A program made the position numbers and the translations under genes. Source: the human T2T-CHM13v2.0 reference genome, Homo sapiens. From it: 64,000 bases of DNA. Below, in pieces: positions 1-21,000 of this stretch. Positions within the stretch are counted from its first letter, which is position 1; every line of letters begins with the position of its first letter. Location of the stretch: assembly GCF_009914755.1 (NCBI RefSeq), contig NC_060927.1, one strand, 5' to 3'. Under the pieces are notes generated by a model, which was not told where the DNA came from, did not search any database, and saw nothing but the letters and a program-made list of their open reading frames with translations.

Positions 1-50
1 ATATATACACATACTATTTACCCACAACAATTAAAAATTAAAGAAAGAAA
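1..50 (+). mobile_element. 3' tail of an older L1 (L1MA-type), cut by the window edge
   Basis: atatacacatactatttacccacaacaattaaaaattaaa followed by an A-rich tail resembles the L1MA 3' terminus. Confidence 0.55.
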
Positions 51-51
51 A

Positions 52-110
52 ATATTCACAGACAAGTGAACCTGCACAGTTCAAACCCTTGCTGTTCAAG
101 GATCAACTGC
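52..110 (+). mobile_element. Tigger2/MER8-like DNA transposon terminal fragment
   Basis: gtgaacctgcacagttcaaacccttgctgttcaaggatcaactg resembles the reverse complement of the Tigger2/MER8 terminal repeat CAGTTGACCCTTGAACAAC. Confidence 0.6.
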
Positions 111-244
111 ATAAACATTTCTCATTCCTAATAAACAGGAGTTTTAATTTAAAAACCTAAAAGTAAATTAATAGAATTCAAGCCTTGAATGTATGTAATT
201 GAGGGGCTGGCACATAACATTAGGAATTATACTAGAATACTATT

Positions 245-2320
<2,076 letters not shown>

Positions 2321-3707
2321 TAAGTGCAACATTGGTCCCCCTAAGCCCTTACAAAAAAAATCTGCTACAGGATTATCTTCAGCCAACAAAAAGATACATG
2401 GAGAGGCCATGGTTAAAGGACAGGTGCTATTTAATTCATTTAATTGTAAAACTAAAGTTAAGCAATGGTGATAAATATGATTGTAAAATAGAATGTGAAG
2501 TTAAAATCCACGACAATACAAATACAATAGTGTAATTTTAAAAATTGAAATATAGGAGGCAAAGAGGAGGTTAAAGTACCCAATAAAAGAGTTAATAATT
2601 CTATAACTATATTTGGTGGTTAATTGGTGGTGAATTTAGAGCAAAGAGAAGTAGAAGGAAGAGGAATTATACTAATTTCACCTTTCATAAAGGGAAATCA
2701 ATTGATACTATACATAGAGGATAACTTAAAAAGTAATGAATTAAGAATACATCTTCAAGGTGACCATTAGAAAAATATTAAAATACCCCAAAACTTTAAA
2801 ATTACAAAGAAGAGTATGTATATAAGATTATAAGATCTTTAATTATATATATAAGATTATATATATATACACATTTTTGTATATATAAAAAAAGTAAGTA
2901 CAGAAAGCATATTTTTTAATTAAACTTTAAGTTCTAGGGTACATGTGCACAACATGCAGGTTTGATACATAGGTATACATGTGCCATGTTGGTTTGCTGC
3001 ACCCATCGACTCATTATTTACATTAGGTATTTCTCCTAATGCTATCCCTCCCGCAGCCCCCCACTCCCTGACAGGACCCCGTGTGTGATGTTCCTCACCC
3101 TGTATCCAAGTGATCTCATTGTTCAGTTCCCACCTATGAGTGAGAACATGCAGTGTTTGGTTTTTTGTCCTTGTGATAGTTTGCTGAGAATGATGGTTTC
3201 CAGCTTCATCCATGTCCCTGCAAAGGACATGAACTCATCCTTTTTATGACTGCATAGTATTCCATGCTGTATATGTGCCACATTTTCTTAATTCAGCCTA
3301 TCATCGATGGACATTTGGATTGTTTCCAAGTATTTGCTATTGTGAATAGTGCCACAATAAACATACGTGTGCATGTGTCTTCATAGTAGCATGATTTATA
3401 ATCCTTTGGGTATATACCCAGTAATGGGATTGCTGGGTCAAATGGTATTTCTAGTTCTAGATTCTTGAGGGATCACCACACTGTCTTCCACAATGGTTGA
3501 ACTAATTTACACTCCCACAAACAGTGTAAAAGCGTGCCTATTTCTCCACATCCTCTCCAGCATCTGTTGTTTCCTGACTTTTTAATGACTGCCATTCTAA
3601 CTGGCATGAGATGGTATCTCATTGTGGTATTGATTTGCATTTCTCTCATGACAAGTGATAATAAGCATTTTCTCATGTGTCTGTTGGCTGCATAGAAGTC
3701 TTCTTTT

Positions 3708-9381
<5,674 letters not shown>

Positions 9382-12300
9382 AGAAGTCTTCTTTTGAGAA
9401 GTGTCTGTTCATATCCTTTGCCCACTTTTTGATGGGGTTGTTTGTTTTGTTCTTGTAAATTTGTTTAAGTTCTTTGTAGATTCTGGATATAAGCCCTTTG
9501 TCAGATAGGTAGATTGCAAAAATTTTCTCCCATTTATATGGTGCCTGTTCACTCTGATGGTAGTTTCTCTTGCTGTGCAGAAGCTCTTTAGTTTAATTAG
9601 ATCCCATTTGTCTATTTTGGCTTTTGTTGCCATTGCTTTTGGTGTTTTAGACATGAAGTCCTTGCCCATGTCCTGAATGGTATTGCCTAGGTTTTCTTCT
9701 AGGGCTTTTATGGTTTTAGGTCTAACATTTAAGTCTTTAATCTATCTTGAATGAATTTTTGTATAAGGTGTAAGTAAGGGATCCAGTTTCAGCTTTTTAC
9801 AGATGGCTAGCCAGTTTTCCCAGCACCATTTATTAAATAGGGAATCCTTTCCCCATTTCTTATTTTTGTCAGGTTTGTCAAAGATCAGATGATTGTAGAT
9901 GTGTAGTGTTATTTCTGAGGGCTCTATTCTGTTCCATTGGTCTATATCTCTGTTTTGGTACCAGTACCATGCTGTTTTGTTTACTGTAGCCTTGTAGTAT
10001 AGTTTGAAGTCAGGTAGCATGATGCCTCCAGCTTTGTTCTTCTGGCTTAGGATTGACTTGGCAATGCAGGATCTTTTTTGGTTCCATATGAACTTTAAAG
10101 TATTTTTTTCCAATTCTGTGAAGAAAGTCATTGGTAGCTTGATGGGGATGGCATTGAATCTATAAATTACCTTGGGCAGTATGGCCATTTTCACGATATT
10201 GATTCTTCCTATCCATGAGTATGGAATGTTCTTCCATTTGATTGTGTCTTCTTTATTTCATTGAGCAGTGGTTTGTAGTTCTCCTTGAAGAGGTCCTTCA
10301 CATCCCTTGTAAGCTGGATTCCTAGGTATTTTATTCTCCTTGTAGCAATTGCAAATGGGAATTCACTCATGATTTGGCTCTCTGTTTGTCTGTTATTGCT
10401 GTATAGGAATGATTGTGAGTTTTGTACATTGATTTTGTATCCAGAGACTTTGCTGAAGTTGCTTATCAGATAAGGAGATTTTGGGCTGAGACAATGGGGT
10501 TTTCTAAATATACAATCATGTCATCTGCAAACAGGGACAATTTGACTCTTCTTTTCCTAATTGAATACCCTTTATTTCTTTCTCTTGCCTGATTGCCCTG
10601 GCCAGAACTTCCAACATTATGTTAAATAGGAGTGGTGAGAGAGGGTATCCTTGTCTTGTGCTGGTTTTCAAAGGGAATGCTTCCAATTTTTGCTCATTGA
10701 GTATGATATTGGGTGTGGGTTTGTCATAAGTAGCTCTTATTATTTTGAGATGCGTTCCATCAATATCTAGTTTATTGAGAGTTCTTAGCATGAAGGGCTG
10801 TTGAGTTTTGTCAAAGGCCTTTTCTGCATCTATTGAGATAATCATGTGGTTTTTGTCATTCGTTCTGTTTATGTGATGGATTATGTTTATTTATTTGCGT
10901 ATGTTGAACCAGCATTGCATCCCAGGGAGGAAGCCAGCCTGATCGTGTTGGATAAGCTTTTTGATGTGGTGCTGGATTCGGTTTGCCAGTATTTTATTGA
11001 GGATTTTTGCATCCATGTTCGTCAGGGATATTGGTCTAAAATTCTCTTTTTTTGTTGTGTCTCTGCCAGGCTTTGGTATCAGCATGATGTTGGCCTCATA
11101 AAATGAGTTTGGGAGGATCCCCTCTTTTTCTATTGATTGGAATAGTTTCAGAGGGAATGGTAACAGCTCCTGTTTGTACCTCTGGTAGAATTTGTCTGTG
11201 AATCCGTCTGGTCCTGGACTTTTTTTCGTTGGTAGGCTATTAATTATCACATCAGTTTCAGAGCCTGTTATTGGTCTATTCAGAGATTCAACTTTTTCCT
11301 GGTTTAGTCTTTGGAGGGTGTGTGTGTCCAGGATTTTATCCATTTCTTCTAGATTTTCTAGTTTATTTGCATAGAGGTGTTTATAGTATTCTCCAAAGGT
11401 AGTTTGTGTTTCTATGGGATCGGTGGTGATATCCCTTTTATCATTTTTTGTTGCATCTATTTGATTCTTCTCTCTTTTCTTCTGTATTAGTCTTGGTAGT
11501 GGTCTATCAATTTTGTTGATCTTTTCAAAAAACCAGCTCCTGGATTCATTAATTTTTTGAAGGGTTTTTTGTGTCTTTATCTCTTTCAGATCTGCTCTGA
11601 TCTTAGTTATTTCCTGCCTTCTGCTAGCTTTTGAATTTGTTTCCTCTTGCTTCTCTAGCTCTTTTAATTGTGATGTTAGGGTGTCAATTTTAGATCTTTC
11701 CTGCTTTCTCTTGTGGACATTTAGTGCTATACATTTCCCTCTACACACTGCTTTAAATGTGTCCCAGAGATTCTGGTACATTGTTCTTTGTTCTCATTGG
11801 TTTCAAAGAACATCTTTATTTCTGCCTTCAATTCGTTATTTACCCAGTAGTCATTCAGTGGCAAGTTGTTCAGTTTCCAAATAGTTGAGCAGTTTTGAGT
11901 GAGTTTCTTAATCCTGAGTTCTAATTTGATTGCACTGTGGTCTGAGAGACAGTTTGTTGTGATTTCTGTTCTTTTACTTTACTGAGGAGTGCTTTACTTC
12001 CAATTATGTGGTCAATTTTAGAATAAGTGCAATGTGGTGCTGAGAAAAATGTATATTCTGTTGATTTGGGGTGGAGAGTTCTGTAGGTGTCTATTAGGTC
12101 TGTTTGTTGCAGAGCTGAGTTCAAGTCCTGGATATCCTTGTTAACCTTCTGTCTCATTGATCTGCCTAATATTGACAGTGGGGTGTTAAAGTCTCCCATT
12201 ATTATTGTGTGGGAGCCTAAGTCTCTTTGTATATCTCTAAGGACTTGCTTCATGAATCTGGGTGCTCTTGTAGTGGGTGCATATATATTTAGGATAGTTA

Positions 12301-14298
12301 CATCTTCTTGTTGAATTGAACCCTTTGCCATTATGTAATGGTCTTCTTTGTCTCTTTTGATCTTTGTTGGTTTAAAGTCTCTTTTGTCAGAGGCTAGAAT
12401 TGCAACCCTGCTTTTTTTTTTTTTTTTTTTTTTTGCTCTCCATGTGCTTTGTAGATCTTCCTCTATCCCTTTATTTTTAGCTTATGTGTGTCTTTGCATG
12501 TGAGATGGGGCTCTTGAATACAGCACACTGATGGGTCTTGACTCTTTATCCAATTTGCCAGTCTGTGTCTTAATTGGCACATTTAGCCCATTTACATTTA
12601 AGGTTAATATTGTTATGTGTGAATTTGATCCTGTCATTATGATGTTAGCTGGTTATTTTGCCCGTTAATTGATGCAGTTTCTTCCTAGCATCTATGATCT
12701 TTACAATTTGGCATGTTTTTGCAGTGGCTGGTACCAATTGTTTCTTTCCATGTTTAGTACTTCCTTCAGGAGCTCTTGTAAGGCAGGCTTGGTGGTGACA
12801 AAATCTCTCAGCATTTGCTTGTCTGTAAAGGATTTTATTTCTCCTTCAGTTATGAAGCTTAGTTTGGCTGGATATGAAATTCTGGGTTGAAAATTCTTTA
12901 AGAATGTTGAATATTGGCTCCCACTCTCTTCTGGCTTGTAGGGTTTCTGCCAAGAGATCCGCTGTTAGTCTGATGGGCTTTCTTTTGTGGGTAACTCGAC
13001 CTTTCTCTCTGGCTGCCCTTAACATTTTTTCCTTCATTTCAACTTTGGTGAATCTGACAATTATGTTCCTTGGGGTTGCTCTTCTCAAGGAGTATCTTTG
13101 TAGTGTTCTCTATATTTCCTGAATTTGAATGTTGGCCTGCCTTGCTAAGTTGGGGAAGTTCTCCTGGATAATATCCTGCAGAGTGTTTTCCAACTTGGTT
13201 CCATTCTCCCTATGACTTTCAGGTACACCAATCAAACTAGATTTAGTCTTTTCCTATAGTCCCATATTTCTTGGAGGCTTTGTTCATTTCTTTTTACTCG
13301 TTTTTCTCTACCTTGCTTTCTCACTTTATTTCATTAATTTGATATTCCATCACTGATACCCTTTCTTCCACTTGATCGAATCAGCTATTGAATCTTGTGC
13401 ATGCATCACGAATTTCTCGTGCCATGGTTTTCAGCTCCATGAGGTCATTTAAGGTCTTCTCTATTCTGTTTATTCTATTTAGCATTTCTTCTAACCTTTT
13501 TTCAAGGTTTTTAGCTTCCTTGTGATGGGTTCTAACCTGCTCCTTTAGCTCGGAGAAGTTTGTTATTATTGACCTTCTGAAGCCTACTTCTGTCAACTCG
13601 TTAAAGTCATTCTCCATCCAGCTTTGTTCTGTTACTGGCGAGGAGCTGCAATCCTTGGGAGGAGAAGAGGCACTCTGATTTTTCGAATTTTCAGCTTTTC
13701 TGCTCTGGTTTCTCTTCATCTATGTGGTCTTATCTACCTTTGGTCTTTGATGTTGGTGACCTACAGATGGGGTTTTGGTGTAGATGTTCTTATTGTTGAT
13801 GTTGATGCTATTCCTTTCTGTTTGTTAGTTTTCCTTCTAACAGTCAGGTTCCTCAGCTGGTGGTCTGTTGGAGTTTGCTGGAGGCCCACTCGAGACCCTG
13901 TTTGCCTGGGTATCACCAGTGGAGGCTGCAGAACAGCAAATATTGCTGCCTAATCCTTCCTCTGGAAGCTTCGCCCCACAGGGGCACCCACTTATCTGAG
14001 GTATCTGTCAGCCTCTACTGGGACGTGTCTGCCAGTTAGGCTGAACAGGTGTCAGCGACACACTTAGGAGGCAGCCTGTCTGTTCTCAGAGTTCAAACGC
14101 CGTGCTGGGAGAAACACTGCTCTCTTCAGAGCTATCAGACAGGGACATTTAAGTCTGCAGAAGTTGTCTGCTGCCTTTTGTTCAGCTAAGCCCTGCCCAC
14201 AGAGGAGAAGTCTAAAGGCAGTAGGCCTTGCTAAGCTGTGGTGGGCTCCCTCATTTTGAGCTTCCCGGCCACTCTGTTTACCTACTGAAGCCTCAGCA

Positions 14299-14625
14299 AT
14301 GGCGGATGCCCCTCCCCAAGCCAGGCTGCCACCTCACAGCTCAATCTCAGATTGCTGTGCTAGCAGTGAGCAAGGCTCTGTGGGCATGGGACCTGCTGAA
14401 CCAGGCACAGGAGAGAGTCTCCTTGTCTGCCCATTGCTAAGACTTTGGGAAAAGTACAGTATTTGGGTGGGAGTATCCCATTTTTCCAGGTACAGTCTGT
14501 CACAGCTTCCCTTTGCTAGGAAAGGGAAATCCCCAACCCCTTGCACTTCCCGGGTGAGGCAATGCCCTGCCCTGCTTCAGCTCACCCTCCATGGGCTGCA
14601 CCCACTGTCCAACCACTCCCAGTGA
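14299..14625 (+). other. L1 ORF0 homologue (antisense ORF in the L1 5'UTR), open for 108 codons
   Basis: MADAPPQARLPPHSSISDCCASSEQGSVGMGPAEPG... is similar to primate L1 ORF0 (MAGAPPPASLPPCSLISDCCASNQRDSVGVGPSEPG...). Expression is unknown. Confidence 0.75.
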
Positions 14626-14859
14626 GATGAACCAAGTACCTCAGTAGGAAATGCAGAAATCACCCATCTTCTGTATCAATCACGCTGGATGCTGCAGACC
14701 AGAGCTGTTCCTATTTGGCCATCTTGGAACCTGGACCAGCATATTTTTAAATGAAAAGAAGATATAACCTACTATAAAAAGTGGTATAACTGGCCAGAGC
14801 CCATTCAAGGGACTGGTCAGTCTTCAAATTCTCCAGTCTGAGCCTTTCAGGAGTGCCTC

Positions 14860-15845
14860 AATCCCAGCTTTCTACCTTTGAAAACAGCAAGAATTTTGTC
14901 TCTGCAACAGTTTTTCCTAGAGCCAATCACGTGTCATGCCTGGAACAGGGATCATACCCAAATTGCCCTTGGCCTGAATAATCACAAAATCCACATCTGT
15001 AAGAAGAATGGGAGCCAATAGCAAAACCTCATAAACTCCAGAAGCACAATCACAGGTACTGACTGGGCTCCCAAGCATGACCACATTATCATTTGCATGA
15101 GTCAGAAAGATGGTGTCTGGAAGCTAACCCTGGTGATCCTGAGAATTGATCATGCAACTACTTTTGTGAAGTGGTCCCTCCTAGAGAACAAAATTGTTGT
15201 AGGTAGTGGAGCATCGCTTTTTATGTGTGTGTGAAAATGAATAGTGGATAAGCAAGTTAATTTAAAGGCCAATTAATTTCATTGTCCTTTGGATTGGCAT
15301 TCCAACAATGTTTTGCTAGTAGCAGGTTCATGTGACTTCAAATGAAGAGTGTTTCTGCATACATTAATGTTTGAAAACCCAACCAGTATGCCATGGGACA
15401 GCAAGATGCCTTTTGATTAGCTGATGTCATAGCTTGGTGCCACTGGAGACTGGGTCCCAGGTTCAATTTGTCTATGGGAGCTCTCTGGCCTGGATGAGCT
15501 ATGATAGCAACATGTTCTTTACTGATGCTTCAGAGTGCAGATTTCAACTCTGAAAGAAGTTGCTGCCTGTCATGAATATATCATTTGTCTTGGAGAATAA
15601 CATTGTTGTAGCCACTGGCCAAGACTGCTGCTGAAGGCTCTGTAACTATGATGGTGATGGATACTTGATCTTAGTCTCCAAACTAGATATTCCAAAATAG
15701 AGCATGCAGCATAAAATGTCAGCCATGGAACACTTCCACACGCATACAAAAGAGCCACAACCACAGACAGCAATATAGCTACAGAGAAGCTGCTTCATAA
15801 CATCATCACTCAAATACCTATTTATGAAGTGGAAAAGCAATATTT
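14860..15845 (+). pseudogene. ARPC1A: Processed pseudogene of ARPC1A (Arp2/3 complex subunit 1A), 3'-truncated
   Basis: From 14896 it translates [41 protein letters not shown], compared with ARPC1A [42 protein letters not shown]. Later blocks: SQKDGVWKLTLVILRI, DWHSNNVLLVAGSCDFK, PWDSKMPF, SKLDIPK, MSAMEHF, IYEVEKQ. It is intronless, the ATG has become TTG, and there are stops and frameshifts. The 5' boundary is approximate. Confidence 0.9.
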
Positions 15846-16197
15846 TAAAATCTTTTTTTCTTTTTTAAAAATCTTTTATTTTAAAAAAATATTGTGGGTG
15901 CATTGTGGTTGTATATATTTATGGGGCACATGAGATGTTTTGATTACATGCAATGTGAAATAACCATATAATGGACAATGGGATATGCATCCCCTCAAGC
16001 ATTTATCCTTTGAGTTACAAACAGTCCAATTACATTCTTTAAGTTGTTTTAAAAGATACAATTATTATTGACTGTAGTCACCCTATTGTTCTGTCAAATA
16101 GTAGGTCTGATTCTTTCTTTCTAATTTTTTCTACCCATTAACCATCCGCAACACCTCCCTAACCCCCCACTACCCTTCTCACCCTCTGGTAATTTTC

Positions 16198-16577
16198 TGT
16201 ATTAGTCCATTCTCACACTGCTATAAAGAACTACCTGAGACTGGGTAATTTATAGATAAAATAAATTTAATTGACTCACAGTTCCACATGGCTGGGGAGG
16301 CCTCAGAAAACTTATACTCATGGTGGACAGTGAAGGGGAAGCGAGGCATGTCTTCTCATGGCCAGAGAAGGAGGAAGAGAGAGCAAAGGGGGCAGTGCTG
16401 CATGTTTTTAAACAACCAGATCTTGTGAGAACTCTATCATGAGGCAGCACTAGGGGGATTGTGCCAAACCATTAGAAACCACCACCATGATTCAGTCACC
16501 TCCCACCAGGCCCCACCTCCTGGGAGATTACACTTCAACATGAGATTTGGGTGGTGACACAGAGCCAAACCATATAA
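16198..16577 (-). mobile_element. MST (MSTA-like) MaLR solo LTR inside the L1MA 3'UTR
   Basis: Runs from tgtattagtccattctcacactgctataaag to gacacagagccaaaccatat. Confidence 0.85.
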
Positions 16578-17871
16578 GCATTCTACTCTCTCTGTCCATG
16601 AGTTTAATTGATTTTATTTTTAGATCGCACAAATAAGTGAGAATATTTAATGTTTGTCTTTTTGTGCCTGGCTTATTTCACTTAATAATCTCCAGTTCCA
16701 TCTATCTTGTTACAAATGACAGGCTTTTATTCTTTGATATGATTGAATAGTACTCCATTGCATATATGTAGCATGTTTTGTTTATTTATTCATGTATGGA
16801 TGGATGCTTAGGTTTTTTCCAAATATAGGATAGTAGATGTCTTTTCAATATACAGATTTTTTTTCTTTTGAATATGTACCCAATAGTAGGATTGCTGGAT
16901 CATATAGTAAGTAGCTCAGTTTTTAGTTTGGAGGAACCTCCAAACTGTTTGCAGTTTTGCTATTTCATATTCCCACCAACAGTGCATGAAACTTCCCTCT
17001 TCTCCATATCCTTGCCAGCATTTGTTATTGCCTGTCTTTTGGATATAAGCCATTTTAACTTAAGCGAGATGATATCTCATTAGTTTTGATTTGCATTTCT
17101 CTGATGATCATTGATGTTGAGCACCTTTTCATAAGCCTGTTTTCCATTTGTACGTGATGTTTTAGAAAAGTCTATTCAAATATTTTGCCCATCTTTTGAT
17201 CAGTTTATTAGATTTTTTTCATATAGAGTTGTTTTGAGCTTTTTATATATTTTGGTTAGTAATTCCTTATCAGAGGGGTAGTTTGAAAATATTTTCTCCC
17301 ATTCTGTGGTTTGTTTCTTCACTTTGTTGATTGTATCCTTTGCTGTGCTGAGCTTTTTAACTTGATGTGATCTCATTTGTTCATGTTTGCTTTGGGGGTG
17401 CTTGTGGGGTGTTGCATAAGAAGCCTTTGCCCAGACCAATGTCCTAGAGATATACCCCAATCTTGTAGTAGTTTCATAGTTTGAGGTCTTATATTTAAGT
17501 CTTTAATCCGTTTTGATTTGATTTTTGTATATGGTGAGATGTAGAGGTCTATTTTCATTGTTTTGCACAGGGATATCCAGTTTCCCCAGTGCCATTTATT
17601 GAAGATGCTGTCTTTTCTGCAGCATATGTTCTTGGCACCTTTGTCAAAAATGAGCTCACCGTAGGTGTGTGGATTTGTTTCTGGATTCTCTATTCTGTCC
17701 CATTGGTCAATATGTCTGTTTTTATGCCAGTACCATGCTATTTTGGTAACTATACCTCTGTAGTATAATTTGTACCTCTGTAGTATAATTTGAAGTCTGG
17801 TAATGTGATTCCTCCAGTTTGGTTCTTTTTGCTTAGGATATCTTTGACTATTCTGAGTCTTTTGTGGTTAT

Positions 17872-18005
17872 ACATATATAATATAATATATATAATATAT
17901 ATATTATTACTATATAATATAATATATATATTATTACTATATAATATAATATATATATTATTACTATATAATATAATATATAGTAATAATATATATAATA
18001 TATAT
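17872..18005. repeat. AT-rich 27-bp tandem repeat ending in a 21-bp inverted repeat
   Basis: Unit tatataatataatatatatattattac at 17911-17937 and 17938-17964, plus partial copies. Inverted arms at 17950-17970 and 17977-17997. Confidence 0.9.
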
Positions 18006-21000
18006 AGGTGTTCCCATATTGGGTACATATGTATTTTAAAATTGTTATATCCTCTTGCTGAATTGACCCCTTCATTATTTTATAGTGATCTTCTTTTCTC
18101 TTCTTATAGTTTTTATCTTGAAATCTATTTTTTCTGATATAAATATAGTGACTCCTCCTTTTTTTGGTTTCAATTGGCATAGAATATCTTTTTCTATGCT
18201 TTTATTTTTAGTCAACATGTGTCTTTATAGGTGAAGTGTTTTCTTGTAGGCAGCAGATCAATGGATCTTTTTTTAATCCATTCAGTCATTCTGTGTCTTT
18301 TGATTGAAGAGTTTAATCCATTTACTTTCAAAGTAATTCTTGGTAAGTAAGGACTTACTCCTGGCATTTTGTTATTTGTTTTCTGGTTGTTTTGTGTCTT
18401 CTCTTCCTTCTTTCATTCCTGTCTTCCTCAAGTGAACATGATATTTTTGGGTGATATGATTTCGTTTCCTGCTTTTTATTTTTTGTGTATTCATTGTATG
18501 CTTTTTGGTTTGAGATTACCATGAGGCATGCGAATACTATCTTATAACCCGCTATTTAACCTGATAACAACACTATTTGCATAAACCAACAGTGAAAAAT
18601 AAAACTAATAAAAACTCACCTTAAGTTTGTCCTCCTGCTTTTTAACTTTTTGTTGTTTCTATTTATGTCTTATTGTACTATGTCTTGAAAAGTTGTAGTT
18701 ATTATTTTTTATTGTTTCATCATTTAGTCTTTCTACTTAGGATAAGAGTAGTTTACACACCACAGTTACAGTGTTATAATATTTTATGCTTTTCTGTGTA
18801 TTTACTATTACCAGTAAGTTTTGTACCTTCAGGTGGTTATATATTGCTCATTAATGTCCTTTTCTTTCTGATTGAAACACTTCCTTTAGCATTTCTTGTA
18901 GGATGGATCTGGTATTGATGAACTCCCTCAGCTTTTGTTTGTCTAGGAAAGTCTTTATTAGTTCCGCATGTTTCAAGGATATTTTCACCAGATATACTAT
19001 TCTAGGGTAAAAGGTTTTTCCTTCAGCACTTTAAATATGTCATACTACTTTCTCCTATCCTGTAAAGTTTCCACTGAAAAGTCTGCTGCCCAGCATTTGA
19101 AGTTCCATTGTATGTTATTTGTTTCTTTTCTCTTGCCACTTTTAGAGTCCTTTCTTTATCCTTGACTTTTGGGAGTTTGATTATTAAATGCCTTGAGGCA
19201 GTATTCTTGGAGTTAAATCTTATTGGTGTTCTATAATCTTCTTTACTTGAATATTAATATCTTTCTCTAGGTTTGGGAAGCTCTCTGTTATTATTCCTTT
19301 GAATAAAACTTCTACTCCTATCTCCTTCCCTACCTCCCCTTTAAGGACATGTCTTAGGTTTGCCCTTTTGAGGCTATTTTCCAGATATTGTAGCATGCTT
19401 CATTCTTTTTTATTCTCTTTTCTTTTGTCTCTTCTGATTATGTATTTTAAATAGCCTGTCTTCAGGCTCACTAATTCTTTCTTCTGCTTGATCAATTCTA
19501 TGTAAACACTCTTATGCATTCTTCAGTATGCCAGTTGCATTTTTCAGCTCCAGATTTTCTGCTTGATTCTTTTGATTATTTCAATCTCTTGTTAAATTTA
19601 TCTGATAGAATTCTGAATTCCTTCCCTATGTTATCTCGAATTTTTTTTTTTAGTTTCCTCAACACAGCTATTTTGAGTTCTCTATATGAAAGGTCACATA
19701 TCTCTCTTTCTCCAGGATTGGTCTCTGGTGCCTTATTTAATTCATTTGGTGAAGTCATGTTTTCCTGGATAGTGTTGATGCTAGTAGATGTTCTTTGGTG
19801 TGTGGGCATTGAAGAGTTAGGTATTTATCTTAGTCTTCATGGTTGGGTCTTATTTGTATCCATACTTCTTGAAAGGCTTTCCAGATATTTGAAAGGACTT
19901 GGGTATTGTGATCTAAGCTGTATCTGCTTTGGGGGCACCCCAAGCCCAGTAGTGCTATAGTTCTTGCAGACTCATAGAAGTACTGCTTTAATAGTCTTGG
20001 ACAAATCTGGGAGAATTATCTGGGTTACATGACAGAGACTCTTATTCTTTACTTACTTTCTCCCAAACATACAGAGTCTCTCTCTCTCTCTATTCTAAGC
20101 CACCTTAAGCTGGGGGTGAAGTGACACCCTTGTGGCCACCACTACTATTATTGTGATGAGTCAGACCTAAATTTAGTGTAGCACTGGGTCTCACCCAAGG
20201 CCTGCTATAATTACTCCCTGGCTAATGCCTATGTTCACTCAAGGTCCTGGGGCTCTATGATCTGCAAGTAGCAAAGCCAGCCAGGCTTGTGTCCTTCTCT
20301 TCAAGGGTGGCAAGGCCCCCTAGGTCCTGGGTAGGTCCAGAAGTGCTGTCTGGGAGCCAGGGCTGGCACTCAAAACACAAGACAGAGTCCTTCCTACTCT
20401 TCCCTCCTTTTTTAAAAGCAGAGGAGCTCCACCCCATAGCCGCCACCACCCCAGGCCATGAGAAGTACTGTCATGCTACCACTAACATTCCAATAAGGTC
20501 CAAGGTCACTTAAGTCAGCTTATTGTGAATGCTGCCTGGCCTGGGACTCAGCCTTCACGGCAGTGAGTTACCCTCTGGCCCAGGACAGGTCTAGAAATGC
20601 CATCTAAGAGTCATGTCCTGGAATCAGGGACCCCAAGAGCCTGCTTGGTGCTCTCCTCCTCTGTGGCTGTGCTGATATCTAAGGTACAAGACAAACTCCC
20701 CTTTACATTTCCTTCTGCTTTTCTCAAGCAGAAGGAGTTTTGCCCCATAGCCACCACAGCTGATAATGTGCTGAGTCTCACCTGAAACTGGCAAGTCTCA
20801 GGGGTTCATCCAAGGCCCTTAACATTGCACCTGGATATTGCTGCTGGTTATTCAGGGCCTAGGGGCTCTACAGTTAGGAGGTGATCAATGCTGCCAGAAC
20901 TGGGTTCTTTCCTTCAAAGCACTGGGTTCCTTTCTGGCCCAGGTGATGTTAAGAAATTTTTTCTGAGAGATACGGCCTGGAATAGGGGCCTCAAGACTCT

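Noticed and set aside
17872-18005. CRISPR-like array
   Set aside because: There are no unique spacers; it is a low-complexity tandem repeat in eukaryotic DNA.
17750-18180. I/Y/L/N-rich ORFs on both strands
   Set aside because: They are translation artefacts of the AT-rich tandem repeat.
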